A stretch of 64,000 nt of DNA from an uncultured Actinomycetes bacterium (GTDB lineage Bacteria; Actinomycetota; Acidimicrobiia; Acidimicrobiales; CAVTQP01), in assembly GCA_963736925.1 (NCBI GenBank), contig CAVTQP010000001.1:318324-382323 (forward strand), in the 5' to 3' direction. Below the pieces are notes generated by a model. The model had not been told where the DNA came from. It did no database searches and was given only the letters and a program-made list of their open reading frames with translations. Both the position numbers and the translations under genes were made by a program. How positions within the stretch are numbered: the first letter of the stretch is position 1; the number at the start of each line of letters is the position of its first letter. Of the stretch, positions 18,467 to 30,608 are shown in pieces.

Positions 18467-20904
18467 GTGCCCGAGGACGATGCTCAGTTGCGGCTCGCCG
18501 GGGCATCGCCCACCCCGGTATCCGGGGATCACCGTCGTGCCAAGCGCTTGCTGACCGGGTTCCTAACCTGCCTTTCCGCCGCAGGCCTCTGCTCGACGGT
18601 GGGCGCGCCGGCGACGGCGGTTGCCAGTCCGGTCGCATCGTTGACCGTTACGCAAAGCGGTGGGCTCGTGGATGGCCAGACAGTGTCCCTTCTGATCACG
18701 GGCTCTGTCCCCGGGACGGTCTACGTGGCCGTGGAGTGCGACCCGACGGCCTTCACGCTTCTCGCCAACCACCAGCAGCCTCAGGACGCCTGCGATCAGC
18801 AGCACACGAATGTCCTCGCGGTGGACCAAGGAGGCGTAGCCGCGGGGACCTTGCAGGTCCGGGCGGTGATGACGACGTCGCTCGGCCCGGCCGACTGCCG
18901 TGCGCTTCAGTGCTTCGTTGCTGTCGAATCGATTCACGGTCCCGGGTCCGTGCTGGTGGAGAACCTCGGTTTTGCTCCAAAGGCCTGCAGCGAGCGGGGG
19001 AGCTGTCAGCCAGCTGCCGACGCGTGGGATACGTCGGTACCCGGCTCGACCACCAGCGCGCCGTCGCTTCCAGATGGGACCGGTTGGAGAGCCAGCCCCG
19101 GCCATGCCTTGGACCTTCGTGTGCCGGTGACCAAGGCCGGCGACCTCAGTGAGCCGAACGCGGTGAGCGGACCGTACGACCCCTCCACCTTCAGCCGATT
19201 CGAGGGGAGCCCTTCGCCCGGTCCGGTATCAGGGCCTGGCTTGCTCCGCCTGGCCCTCGCTGCACCGGGAACGTCATGGGGACCGGAGTCACCATCGTCG
19301 GTAGTCGTCGACGCGACGCTCACCGACACATCCACGCACTCGACCGTCGGAACTCAACAGTTCGTGCTCTTCTCTGGGAGAGAGCCCTTTGTGTACGCCG
19401 GTTTCAGCGGCTCTGTAAGCACCACCGATCAGTACCAGGTCATGGTCGCCGTCGAACCGCCCGTCTCGCAGGGCGGCCTTTCATGGCCTTCGAGCGGAAA
19501 GGCTCCCATGGTCGTGGCTGAGTACGCCTCGATCCAAGTCGTCGAGCACAGCAATCCCGATTACCTCGTCTACGCCTATGCCCCGGTGATGTACGGACGG
19601 TCCACGTCAGCTCTTCACGACACGCCCCTCTTGATGTACGGAACGGCAACTCCCGAGATGGGCGGGGCCACGTCACTCAGCTACACCGTGGTCTGGTCCC
19701 ACGAGGATTCGGGAACCGGTTTCGTGCCGTTCCTCGAAGCCGGAGAGTGGGGCCGTCTCACCGACATCGAGAACGCGATTTCTTTCACCGTCGAGGCGAA
19801 CGGGAGCGTTACTGACGCCTCCTACCTGTGGGGCGGGGAGCCACTGACCGGGTTTCCCGATTCGCAGGACGCCATCGTGGAGACCGACAAGCCGTTTACC
19901 GGAGCATGGCAGGGACTCCACCCGGTCTTGCGTGACGCCACCGGGAACAACGACTTCTCGGACCAAGGCACGACACCGTTCCGATTCCAGCTGGCTCCCG
20001 TTGCAGCCCCGTCGCCGGGACAGGTACGTGAGGCCGTCATGGACGCCCACCCGTGGACCTACAAGGTGATGAACGACGAGGTGCTGCGTTGGTACGGAAG
20101 GATCTCCAGCGATCCGGCGTCACCACAACCTGGTGACTTCCGGCAGTACGCGGTCGTCGACCTGGACTCTTCGGGAAACGGGGTGTCGTCCCTGGCAGTT
20201 GGACTAAGACTGGCGGGCGGCCAGACCTGGTACCGCAACGACATGGGGACGGGTTTCCCGCTCGTTGGTAGCGGCCACGTTCGCACCGTCGTGAAGTTGC
20301 CCGTCGGGTGGCAATCGAGGGAGGTCACCGGTGTGCGAGTGTCCGTCTTTCCCCCGTCGGCAGCGCCGTCGGTGCATGTCGAAGGGCTGTCTCTACAAGC
20401 CCTCAGCGACGGGGAAGGCCTCAGCCATGGAAAAGGCCTAAGCCACGGAGAAGGCCCTAGCGACGGTTGGGACATCGCCAGGGTCCAGACTCCTCCGGCG
20501 GCAGTCGTGGCTGGATCTCCAGACATCCCCGTTGCGTTGTCCCTTTCCGCCGAAGGCCGGCCGCCGAACGAGGTTGCCTCGCTCGCCACCACGCCGCCCT
20601 TTGCGGTTTCGGTGACCGACAGCCTCGGTGAGCCCGTGGCAGGCGTCCCAGTCACATTCGCTTCGTTCGGTGGGCCCCCGGGAATGACCTTTTCCAGCTG
20701 TGGTTGCGCGAGCGTGACGGTGACCTCGGACCAATCGGGGATCGCTTCCTCAGGTTCGGGCAGAACGGGCGCAGAGCCTGGCTTCATCGGGGTGCGCGCG
20801 CGACGGCGATCGATCCGGCCGCCTCACCGGTCGTGTTCCATCTCGCCGTCGTGCGCCGTGCAGGGCCCGGCGGCCATCGACCCAGCCGTTGGAGGGAAGG
20901 TTGA
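18467..20904 (+). CDS. Secreted multidomain protein: neocarzinostatin-apoprotein-like domain, unknown central domain and Ig-like C-terminus; apparent 2-bp frameshift near 20800
   Basis: Signal peptide; LTVTQSGGLVDGQTV...EC...ACD...DC...QC NCS pattern; VSVTDSLGEPVAGVPVTF Big-like strand. Removing one CG from the (CG)n run at 20794-20802 ends the gene at TGA 20904. Confidence 0.75.
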
Positions 20905-22130
20905 GAGGACAGACGGCGGGGCGCCGAGGCGGTCGTGCCGGCCGGCGATCTCTCATGCTCGTGCTGGTGAGCTTTCTCCTGGCAGCCTGTTCGTCGAGCG
21001 GATCGAGCGGATCGAGCGCTGGCTCTTCGGCGACGAACTCCTTGAGTGGTTCGTCGTCCGGGTCCTCGACAGGGGCGTCGCACACCGTGTGGTTGTGCCG
21101 GCCGGGCCTCGCCAACGACCCGTGCACGGCCGATCTCACGACCACGGTGACTTCCGTAACGGGCGCCTCCGGTACGGAGGATCTGAAGCCGGCGGAGTCC
21201 CCGCCCATCGACTGCTTCTACGTCTACCCGACGGTCAGCTCGCAGCCGACGGCCAACGCCAATCTTCATATCGATCCCGAGGAGATCGGAGTGGCTCAGC
21301 AGCAGGCGTCCCAGTTCTCACGTGTCTGTCGGGTGTTCGCACCTATGTATCGTCAACTCACCCTGAAAGCGATTACGAGCCCGAACGCGGGTTTGGTGGG
21401 AGCCGCAAAGATCGCTTACGACGGCGTCCTGTCTGCGTGGCGGGACTACCTGGCGCACGACAACGGGGGTCGTGGCGTTGTACTGATTGGGCACTCCCAG
21501 GGTGCCGGAATGCTCACCCAGCTGATCAGGAGTCAGATCGACACCAACGCTGGCCAGCGCCGCCTGCTCGTTTCAGCAATCCTGATGGGAGGCAACATCG
21601 TTGTTCCGGCCGGGCGGGACGTCGGTGGCGTCTTCCAACATGTGCCGGCGTGCCGTTCGAACAGACAGACCGGGTGCGTCGTCGCTTACTCGACCTTCGA
21701 TCAGACTCCGCCCGCCAATTCATTGTTCGGTCGACCCAGGCAGGGTGCGAGCCTGTCAGGCACGCTCAACACGCCCAATCCCCAGATCCTGTGCACCAAC
21801 CCCGCGGAGCTCAGTGGGGGCGGCGGATCTCTGCGGTCGATGTTCCGTCGCAGCGGAATGGCCGGAGTCCTCGGCACGCTCTCAGCTGCCATCTTCGGCG
21901 GTCACCCTCCCGTCGGCTCGACACCGTGGGTGGAGTGGGACGGCTGGTACACCGCGCGATGCGTGAACAGCGCCGGCGCGAACGTCTTGAGTGTGACACC
22001 CGAGGGAGGCGCTCCTGCGCTCACGCCGGAGCCGGATCCTACCTGGGGCCTTCATCTGATCGACGTGAACATCACCCTCGGCAACCTGGTCGACGTGGTG
22101 AGTGACCAGAGTTCCTCATTTCGCCCCTGA
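20901..22130 (+). CDS. DUF3089 family alpha/beta-hydrolase lipoprotein
   Basis: Lipobox LAAC, Ser linker, IDCFYVYPTVS, FAPMYRQ, GHSQG, WGLHLID. Start is TTG 20901 or ATG 20955. Confidence 0.9.
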   Translation: MRGQTAGRRGGRAGRRSLMLVLVSFLLAACSSSGSSGSSAGSSATNSLSGSSSGSSTGASHTVWLCRPGLANDPCTADLTTTVTSVTGASGTEDLKPAESPPIDCFYVYPTVSSQPTANANLHIDPEEIGVAQQQASQFSRVCRVFAPMYRQLTLKAITSPNAGLVGAAKIAYDGVLSAWRDYLAHDNGGRGVVLIGHSQGAGMLTQLIRSQIDTNAGQRRLLVSAILMGGNIVVPAGRDVGGVFQHVPACRSNRQTGCVVAYSTFDQTPPANSLFGRPRQGASLSGTLNTPNPQILCTNPAELSGGGGSLRSMFRRSGMAGVLGTLSAAIFGGHPPVGSTPWVEWDGWYTARCVNSAGANVLSVTPEGGAPALTPEPDPTWGLHLIDVNITLGNLVDVVSDQSSSFRP

Positions 22131-22203
22131 GCCGTAGCCAGGCGCGCCCGCGTCAGACGGGCAGACGAGCAGACGGCCCGAGCGGGACGCGGTGGGGTAT
22201 TTG

Positions 22204-22288
22204 CGGAGAGGGTGGGATTCGAACCCACGGTCGGTTGCCCGACACACGATTTCCAGTCGTGCCGATTCGGCCGCTCTCGCACCCCTCC
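22204..22288 (-). tRNA. tRNA-Ser(GGA)
   Basis: Anticodon arm CACGA-CT GGA AA-TCGTG, long variable arm, T-loop; CCA not encoded. Confidence 0.97.
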
Positions 22289-22312
22289 CCAGGCAAGGGT
22301 AACCTCGCTTCA

Positions 22313-22450
22313 GATGCCGAGACTTAGGGCGACGGCCGGGTCCTGCGCAACGGAACGCCGTGAACCGAGTCAGGGCCGGAAGGCAGCAGCTCTCAGCGGA
22401 TAGTCCCGTGTGCCGCAGATCGCCTGGCTGTCGCCCCTAGCCTCGGCGTC
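22313..22450 (+). ncRNA. ffs: Signal recognition particle RNA (small type)
   Basis: TCAGGGCCGGAAGGCAGCAGC helix-8 motif; long closing stem GATGCCGAG.../...CTCGGCGTC; located just upstream of dnaX. Confidence 0.95.
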
Positions 22451-22551
22451 GGCCCGTCTTGTCCGGCTTGGCCTCGAGCCGGCCCGGGCCGCAGCCGGAG
22501 GGCCTTGATCGAGGACATCAAAGCGCGCTCCCGCCGGTAGGCTGCGCTGTC

Positions 22552-24516
22552 GTGGCCAATCAGCCCTACCAGACCCTTTATCGCCGGTATCGACCTCAGC
22601 GATTCGGAGAGGTGCTGGGGCAGGACCACGTCACCTTGGCCCTGCGCAACTCGGTTCGGGAGGATCGCGTGGCGCACGCGTACCTCTTCAGCGGTCCCCG
22701 AGGGACCGGCAAGACCTCCACCGCACGGATACTTGCCAAGGCCCTCAACTGCCAGGATCTCTCGGACGGCGAACCGTGCGGGAAGTGCGGGTCCTGCCAG
22801 GCAATCACGAACGGCTCGTCCCTCGACGTGCACGAGATGGACGCCGCCTCCAACAACGGGGTGGAGGCCATGCGCGATCTGGTGGCGCGCTCGGCTCTGG
22901 GAACTCCTGGCCGATGGAAGGTCTACATCGTGGACGAGGTCCACATGCTTTCCACGGCGGCGTCGAATGCTCTTCTCAAGACCCTGGAAGAGCCCCCGGC
23001 CCATGTCGTGTTCGTGCTGGCGACGACCGATCCGCAGAAGGTGCTCCCGACGATTCGCTCGCGAGCCCACAGCTTCGAGTTCCGCCTGTTGGGGTCCGAG
23101 GTGCTGGGTGAGCTACTCGATCGGGTACGCGAGGATGCAGAGCTCGACGTGGGCCCTGAGGCGATAGACGCCGCCGTCCGCAAAGGGAACGGATCTGCCC
23201 GGGACGCGCTCTCGGTCCTGGACCAGGCGGTGGTCGTCGGAACGGTCCAAGAAGACGTCCCGGTTCTCGACGAGCTGGTGGAGGCTCTCATAGAGAAGGA
23301 TACTGCCGGCGCGCTCGTCGCCGTGGCGCAGGCATCGGCGGCCGGCAGGGACGCCCAAAGGTTGGGTTTCGATCTACTCGAGCAATTGCGGCAGGGCTTC
23401 CTCGCCACCATGGCCCCGAAGCTGGTGTCGATCGCGGATGCCGACCGGATCACCGACCAAGCGCGTCGGCTGGGTCCAGCGGCCCTGGTACGGGCCATGG
23501 AGGTGATCGGCACCATGCTCGTGGAGATGCGCGACTCTTTGGAGCCCCGCTCAGCCCTCGAGGTGGCACTGGTTCGTTTGACCAATCCGGAGGCTGATGA
23601 CGCGCTCGCCTCCTTGGCTGAGCGGGTCCAGAGGCTGGAGAGGCGATTAGCTGATCCGTCGGAGACCGGCGTCTCGCGACGGCAAGGAGAGGCCGGCGCC
23701 TCCCGCGCGCAGCACTCGCCTGGAGCGCCGGCGCGGTCGGCTGGAGCGCCGGCGCGGTCGCCTGGAGCGCCAGCGCAGTCGCATGGCACGCGTGAGCGTC
23801 CCCCGCCCGGCAAGCCCGATCCTCAGGACCCCGGCGCTCAGGCCACCGTGGGGGCGGTGAGACGAGCAAGGGCAGCCCCAGTCTCCTCAGGAGAGGTCCG
23901 GTCGCCTCCGTCGCGGCCGGAGCCACCGTCGCCGGAGCCAGCGGCGATGCCGGTCGTGCCCGGCGAGAGATCGGCGAACCTGGCCAGAGCGCCCAGCCGC
24001 GACGAGCTGGTGAAGGCGTGGGGGGACCACGTGTTGTCGAGTCTGACCGGGCGTGCCCGCGCTCTTTACCGGGCAGGGAGGTTCGTCGGAGTGGAGGATG
24101 GCGTGGCGGTCTTCGCGCTGCCGGACGATACCCATCGCTCCTACAGCGAGTCATGCCGCGGGGACGTGGAATCGGCGCTCAAATCGCACTTCGGCGCGGC
24201 TGTCTCGTTGAGGCTCGTCGTGGACGGCGAGGCAGTGAATGCTTATCCACCTGCCTGGCGACCCTCTGACTCGCCTGCAGCGCCGGACGCTCCCGCAAGT
24301 GGGCTCCGCAGCGCGGCCGACCCTCGCATCGCGGCCGACCCTCGCATCGCGGCCGACTCTCAGCCGACAAGGCGCGGAGCGCCCGATCCCGTGCCCCAGG
24401 CAGAAGACGACAGTCTCGATCCCGACAGCGTCCGTGAGCCGGTGTCGGGGCTAGCCTCCATCGAGGAGCGCCTACTCCAGGTGTTCCCGGGAGCCGAGGA
24501 GGTCTCCGAGAAGTGA
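22552..24516 (+). CDS. dnaX: DNA polymerase III subunit gamma/tau
   Basis: LYRRYRPQRF, GPRGTGKTS, Zn-Cys cluster, DEVHML, LLKTLEEPP; GTG 22552. Confidence 0.97.
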   Translation: MANQPYQTLYRRYRPQRFGEVLGQDHVTLALRNSVREDRVAHAYLFSGPRGTGKTSTARILAKALNCQDLSDGEPCGKCGSCQAITNGSSLDVHEMDAASNNGVEAMRDLVARSALGTPGRWKVYIVDEVHMLSTAASNALLKTLEEPPAHVVFVLATTDPQKVLPTIRSRAHSFEFRLLGSEVLGELLDRVREDAELDVGPEAIDAAVRKGNGSARDALSVLDQAVVVGTVQEDVPVLDELVEALIEKDTAGALVAVAQASAAGRDAQRLGFDLLEQLRQGFLATMAPKLVSIADADRITDQARRLGPAALVRAMEVIGTMLVEMRDSLEPRSALEVALVRLTNPEADDALASLAERVQRLERRLADPSETGVSRRQGEAGASRAQHSPGAPARSAGAPARSPGAPAQSHGTRERPPPGKPDPQDPGAQATVGAVRRARAAPVSSGEVRSPPSRPEPPSPEPAAMPVVPGERSANLARAPSRDELVKAWGDHVLSSLTGRARALYRAGRFVGVEDGVAVFALPDDTHRSYSESCRGDVESALKSHFGAAVSLRLVVDGEAVNAYPPAWRPSDSPAAPDAPASGLRSAADPRIAADPRIAADSQPTRRGAPDPVPQAEDDSLDPDSVREPVSGLASIEERLLQVFPGAEEVSEK

Positions 24517-24935
24517 CACCCGACATGCTCGACCAGCCTCACCAGCCGGGCCAGCCTCACCAGCCGGGCCGGCCTGACAGACCCGACAGTGATCAATCCG
24601 ACGAGCCCGCCTGGCCCGACATGGGCGGCCTGGTTCGTCAGGCGATGAAGATGCAGGGTCAACTGGCTGGTGCCCAAGCTGAGGCGGCCGGCAAGGTTGT
24701 GGAGGGTCAATCGGCAGGTGGCCTGGTCAAGGTCACCGTGACGGGCGGCATGGACTTCCGTTCGGTGTCGATCGATGCGTCCGTGGTCGATCCCCGAGAT
24801 GTCGAGATGCTCGAGGACCTGGTGCTCGCAGCCCTCCACGACGCGATCGCAAAGGTCGACTCCCTGAACCAGTCCTCGCTCATCGGCGTGGGAATCGACC
24901 TCGGGCCAGAGGGGATCGCCGGGCTTCTCGGCTGA
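24513..24935 (+). CDS. ybaB: YbaB/EbfC nucleoid-associated protein
   Basis: GGLVKVTVTG, VVDPRDVEMLEDLVLAA; lies between dnaX and recR. Confidence 0.95.
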   Translation: MTPDMLDQPHQPGQPHQPGRPDRPDSDQSDEPAWPDMGGLVRQAMKMQGQLAGAQAEAAGKVVEGQSAGGLVKVTVTGGMDFRSVSIDASVVDPRDVEMLEDLVLAALHDAIAKVDSLNQSSLIGVGIDLGPEGIAGLLG

Positions 24936-24965
24936 ATCGAGCACGGCGCTCCTCGCTTCCATCCC

Positions 24966-25565
24966 GTGTACACCAGACCAGTCCAGGACCTGATCGACGA
25001 GCTGGGCCGCCTCCCCGGGGTGGGACCCAAGTCGGCGCAGCGAATAGCGTTCCACCTGCTCAAGCTCCCCGCCGATGACGCGATGCGACTGGCTCGTGCG
25101 ATCAGCGAGGCCAAGGAGCGCACGGTGATGTGCGCGCGCTGCTTCAACGTCTCCGAGTCCGAGCTCTGTGAGATCTGCTCCGACGAGCGGCGCGACCCGA
25201 CGCTGGTGTGCGTGGTGGAAGAGTCCAGGGACATCGTCGCTGTCGAGAAGACCCAGGAGTTCAACGGTCGCTACCACGTGCTCCAGGGGGCGCTCAATCC
25301 GATCGAGGGGATCGGGCCGGACCAGCTGCGTGTCAAGGAGCTGCTGGGCCGCATCGACACGGAGGGGGTGAGCGAGATCATCCTGTGCACGAACCCAAAC
25401 CTCGAGGGGGAGGCCACCGCCATGTACCTCGCCAGGTTGCTCAAGCCGCTCGGCGTCAAGGTGACCCGGATCGCCAGCGGGCTCCCGGTGGGAGGGGACC
25501 TCGAGTACGCCGACGAGTTGACGCTCGGGCGCGCTCTCGAGGGGCGCAGGGAGGTCGAGGCCTAG
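24966..25565 (+). CDS. recR: Recombination mediator RecR
   Basis: [12 protein letters not shown]4 zinc finger, Toprim [14 protein letters not shown]. Confidence 0.98.
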   Translation: MYTRPVQDLIDELGRLPGVGPKSAQRIAFHLLKLPADDAMRLARAISEAKERTVMCARCFNVSESELCEICSDERRDPTLVCVVEESRDIVAVEKTQEFNGRYHVLQGALNPIEGIGPDQLRVKELLGRIDTEGVSEIILCTNPNLEGEATAMYLARLLKPLGVKVTRIASGLPVGGDLEYADELTLGRALEGRREVEA

Positions 25566-25568
25566 CGC

Positions 25569-26756
25569 CTAGTTTTCGCGGGCCTGCACGAGCAAGGCGT
25601 CCCCCTGACCCCCGCCTCCGCACAGCGTGGCCACGCCCAGACCGCCGCCCCGCCGGTTGAGCTCGGTGAGGATCGTGAGGGCCAGACGGGCTCCCGACAT
25701 CCCGATGGGGTGGCCCAGGGCGATCGCGCCCCCGTTCACGTTCGTGATGTCCTCATTGATCCCCAGGTCGTCCATCGACGCGATCGCCACCGCGGCAAAA
25801 GCCTCGTTTATCTCGAACAGGTCGACGTCCCCCACCGACCGGCCCGCTCTCTCCAGCGCCTGGCGGGTCGCTCCGGACGGTTGCGTGAGGAGCGAGGCGT
25901 CGGGTCCGGCCACCTGTCCGTAGCTGCACACCTCTCCGAGAGGCTTGACACCGAGCTGGTCCGCCCACGCCTTGGAGGTCACGATCAGTGCACAGGCACC
26001 GTCCGATATCTGGCTGGCATTGCCAGCGGTGATCGTGCCACCGGACTCGAAGGCCGGCTTCAGCTGGGCAAGGGACTCCGTGGTTGTCCCCGGCCTGACT
26101 CCTTCGTCGGTGTCAACGACGACAGGCTCCCCTTTGCGCTGTGGTACGGATACCGCCGTTATCTCCGAAGCGAACCGCCCGTCCTTCATGGCTGCGGCAG
26201 CCCGCTCGTGCGAGGAGGCGGCCAGAGCGTCCTGGCGGTCTCGGGGGATGTGGGCCGCCTTGCTGTAACGCTCGGTTCCGAGCCCCATGGCGCAGGACTC
26301 GAAGGCGCAAAAGAGCCCGTCGTACATCATCGAGTCGACCAGGGTCGCATCACCCGCCCGGTATCCGGCCCGGGCCCCCGGCAACAGGTACGGCGCGGCG
26401 GTCATCGACTCCATGCCTCCCGCCACCACGATCTCGGCCTCACCCGCCGAGATCATCTGGTCCGCCAGATAGATGCTGTTGAGCCCCGAAAGGCACACCT
26501 TGTTGATCGTGGTGGCGGGTACCGTCATCGGCACGCCGGCCTTCACGGCGGCCTGCCTGGCGGTGATCTGTCCCTGGCCCGCCTGGAGGACCTGGCCCAT
26601 GACCACGTAGTCCACCTGGTCGGGCCTCAGGCCGGCACGCTCGAGCGCTGCGCCGATGGCGAAGCCGCCCAGGTCCATGGCGGTGAAGCCGCCGAGCGCG
26701 CCTGACAGCTTCCCAATTGGTGTGCGGGCCCCCGCGATGATGACCGAACCGGACAT
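25569..26756 (-). CDS. Acetyl-CoA C-acetyltransferase (biosynthetic thiolase)
   Basis: INKVCLSG, NEAFA, GAIALGHPIG, LCGGGGQG; AGG RBS before ATG 26756. Confidence 0.96.
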   Translation of the reverse strand: MSGSVIIAGARTPIGKLSGALGGFTAMDLGGFAIGAALERAGLRPDQVDYVVMGQVLQAGQGQITARQAAVKAGVPMTVPATTINKVCLSGLNSIYLADQMISAGEAEIVVAGGMESMTAAPYLLPGARAGYRAGDATLVDSMMYDGLFCAFESCAMGLGTERYSKAAHIPRDRQDALAASSHERAAAAMKDGRFASEITAVSVPQRKGEPVVVDTDEGVRPGTTTESLAQLKPAFESGGTITAGNASQISDGACALIVTSKAWADQLGVKPLGEVCSYGQVAGPDASLLTQPSGATRQALERAGRSVGDVDLFEINEAFAAVAIASMDDLGINEDITNVNGGAIALGHPIGMSGARLALTILTELNRRGGGLGVATLCGGGGQGDALLVQAREN

Positions 26757-26846
26757 GTTGACCTCCAGGCCGCTTACCCCCCGGTAGTCTACGGCCCCCT
26801 CGACCGGGCGGGCCATCCGATCCGTGCCGGACTATCTTTCAGGCCC

Positions 26847-28187
26847 ATGCGAGCCTTCCTCGATGCGATCCAGTCGGGCGCGCCAGGAGGCGAGCTGGCG
26901 GCCCTCCCGCTACCTGATTCGTTCCGCGCAGCGGTCGTCCGCAAGGACGAGGTGGCGATGTTCCAGGGCCTGACCTCGTCTGAGAAGGATCCGCGGCGAT
27001 CCATCCATGTCGACGAGGTGCCCGTGCCCGAGCTGGCCCCGGACGAGGCTTACGTGGCCGTGATGGCCAGCGCGATCAACTTCAACACGGTGTGGACCTC
27101 GATCTTCGAGCCCCTCCCGACCTTCGGGTTCTTGGAGCGGTTGGGCAAGGAGAGTGCTTGGGGAGCCCGCCATGATCTCCCGTACCACGTGATGGGCTCC
27201 GACGCTGCAGGGGTCGTGCTACGTGTGGGATCGGCGGTGCGGCTGTGGAAGCCGGGAGACAGGGTCGTGGTCCACTGCAACTACATAGACGACCAAGACC
27301 CTTCCTCCCACGACGACGCCATGCTCGCCGCCAACCAGAGGATTTGGGGGTTCGAGTCGAATTTCGGTGGTCTGGCCGACCTGACCCTGGTGAAGGCCAA
27401 CCAGCTGATGCCCAAACCCGCTCACCTCAGCTGGGAGGAGGCCGCGTGCAATGCTCTTTGCAACTCCACCTCCTACCGGATGCTGGTGAGCCACAACGGC
27501 GCCCACATGAAGCAGGGCGACGTCGTTCTCGTCTGGGGGGCCACGGGGGGTCTGGGGGGGTATGCGGTCCAGTACGTCTTGAACGGAGGGGGAATTCCCG
27601 TCGCCGTCGTCAGCTCCCCCGACAAGGTGAAGCTCCTCCATGATCTCGGTTGCGACGCGGTGATCGATCGCCGGGAGGCTGGCTACAGGTTCTGGTCGGA
27701 CGAGAACACCCAGGACGAGAGGGAGTGGCGCAGGTTCGGGAAGGACGTGAGGACCCTCGCCGGTGAGGATCCGGACATCGTCTTCGAGCATCCCGGGCGC
27801 GCCACCATGGGAGCTTCGGTGTTCGCGGCCAAGCGGGGAGGAGTCATCGTCACCTGTGCCGCCACGACGGGATTCATGATCGAGTACGACAACCGTCACC
27901 TGTGGATGAAGCTCAAGAGCATCAAATCGAGTCACTTCGCCAACTACAAGGAGGCATGGGAAGCGAACCGTTTGATCTCGCGGGGAGTCATCCAGCCCAT
28001 CCTGTCCACCGTTTACCCACTGGCTCAGACGGGAGAAGCTGCCTACCAGGTGCACCACAACCTCCACGAGGGAAAGATCGGCGTCCTGTGCCTGGCTCCC
28101 CAAGAGGGGTTGGGTATCGACGACCCCGCTCTTCGGGCCAGGGTGGGCGAGGACCGCATCACCTTGTTCAGGAGACACGGAGCATGA
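26847..28187 (+). CDS. ccr: Crotonyl-CoA carboxylase/reductase
   Basis: MASAINFNTVW, IWGFESNFGGLA, WGATGGLG, VFEHPG, SHFANY. Confidence 0.96.
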   Translation: MRAFLDAIQSGAPGGELAALPLPDSFRAAVVRKDEVAMFQGLTSSEKDPRRSIHVDEVPVPELAPDEAYVAVMASAINFNTVWTSIFEPLPTFGFLERLGKESAWGARHDLPYHVMGSDAAGVVLRVGSAVRLWKPGDRVVVHCNYIDDQDPSSHDDAMLAANQRIWGFESNFGGLADLTLVKANQLMPKPAHLSWEEAACNALCNSTSYRMLVSHNGAHMKQGDVVLVWGATGGLGGYAVQYVLNGGGIPVAVVSSPDKVKLLHDLGCDAVIDRREAGYRFWSDENTQDEREWRRFGKDVRTLAGEDPDIVFEHPGRATMGASVFAAKRGGVIVTCAATTGFMIEYDNRHLWMKLKSIKSSHFANYKEAWEANRLISRGVIQPILSTVYPLAQTGEAAYQVHHNLHEGKIGVLCLAPQEGLGIDDPALRARVGEDRITLFRRHGA

Positions 28188-28215
28188 GCGGTTCAGGAGA
28201 CACGGAGCATGAGCG
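28166..28215 (+). repeat. Perfect 25-bp tandem duplication spanning the ccr stop, RBS and ATG
   Basis: GTTCAGGAGACACGGAGCATGAGCG x2. Confidence 0.95.
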
Positions 28216-28645
28216 ATCGGACGACCTGTCGCGCCTGCCCGGTTTGCTGACCGCGATCGACCACGTGGCGATAGCCGTCGCTGACATCGAGGCGGCGATC
28301 GACTACTACGACAGGACCTTCGGTGCCCGGGTGGCGCATCGCGAGAGGGTGGAGTCCGACGGCGTGGAGGAGGCGCTGATCAAGGTGGCGGACTCCTACA
28401 TCCAACTCATCACTCCTGTGGATGAGCGTTCCCCGGTGGCCAGGTTCCTCGAGCGGCGGGGAGAGGGCATTCACCACGTCGGTTACCGGGTCGACGACTG
28501 CGCCGCCGCGCTCGAGGCGGTGAAGGACGAGGGTGGCCAGGTCCTCGATGAGCGACCCCGGCCCGGCTCGCGCGGAACGACGGTCGCCTTTGTGCACCCG
28601 AAGTCGGTGTTCGGGACCCTGATCGAGCTGGTGCAGGAGCCCTAG
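28184..28645 (+). CDS. mce: Methylmalonyl/ethylmalonyl-CoA epimerase
   Basis: IDHVAIAV, GEGIHHVGY, VAFVHPK, GTLIELVQ; ATGA overlap with ccr. Confidence 0.94.
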   Translation: MSGSGDTEHERSDDLSRLPGLLTAIDHVAIAVADIEAAIDYYDRTFGARVAHRERVESDGVEEALIKVADSYIQLITPVDERSPVARFLERRGEGIHHVGYRVDDCAAALEAVKDEGGQVLDERPRPGSRGTTVAFVHPKSVFGTLIELVQEP

Positions 28646-28695
28646 AGGGTCCGGGGAGGCCCCGTCGGGCCGGGTGCCGAGGCTCTGGCAGACTG

Positions 28696-30553
<1,858 letters not shown>

Positions 30554-30608
30554 GGAGCTGGCGGAGGCTTGCAGAGGGTGATCGGCGTGCAGAGGGTGGT
30601 CGCCTGAT

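Noticed and set aside
18600-19020. Enediyne biosynthetic cluster implied by the neocarzinostatin domain
   Set aside because: No PKS or enediyne cassette genes are in the window; the domain is part of a larger secreted protein.
18335-22105. 1256-aa ORF as a real protein overlapping DUF3089 by 1.2 kb
   Set aside because: After about 20800 the translation becomes Arg/Pro-rich off-frame sequence; a 2-bp correction gives a clean stop coupled to the DUF3089 start.
17596-22288. Integrative element bounded by tRNA att repeats
   Set aside because: Both repeats are complete tRNA-Ser isoacceptors, the interval includes the core gene tadA, and there is no integrase or partial tRNA copy.
23700-24420. 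Programmed gamma/tau frameshift or intein in dnaX
   Set aside because: No A6G or long A/T slippery tract and no intein motifs; the extra length is a Pro/Ala-rich linker with short repeats.
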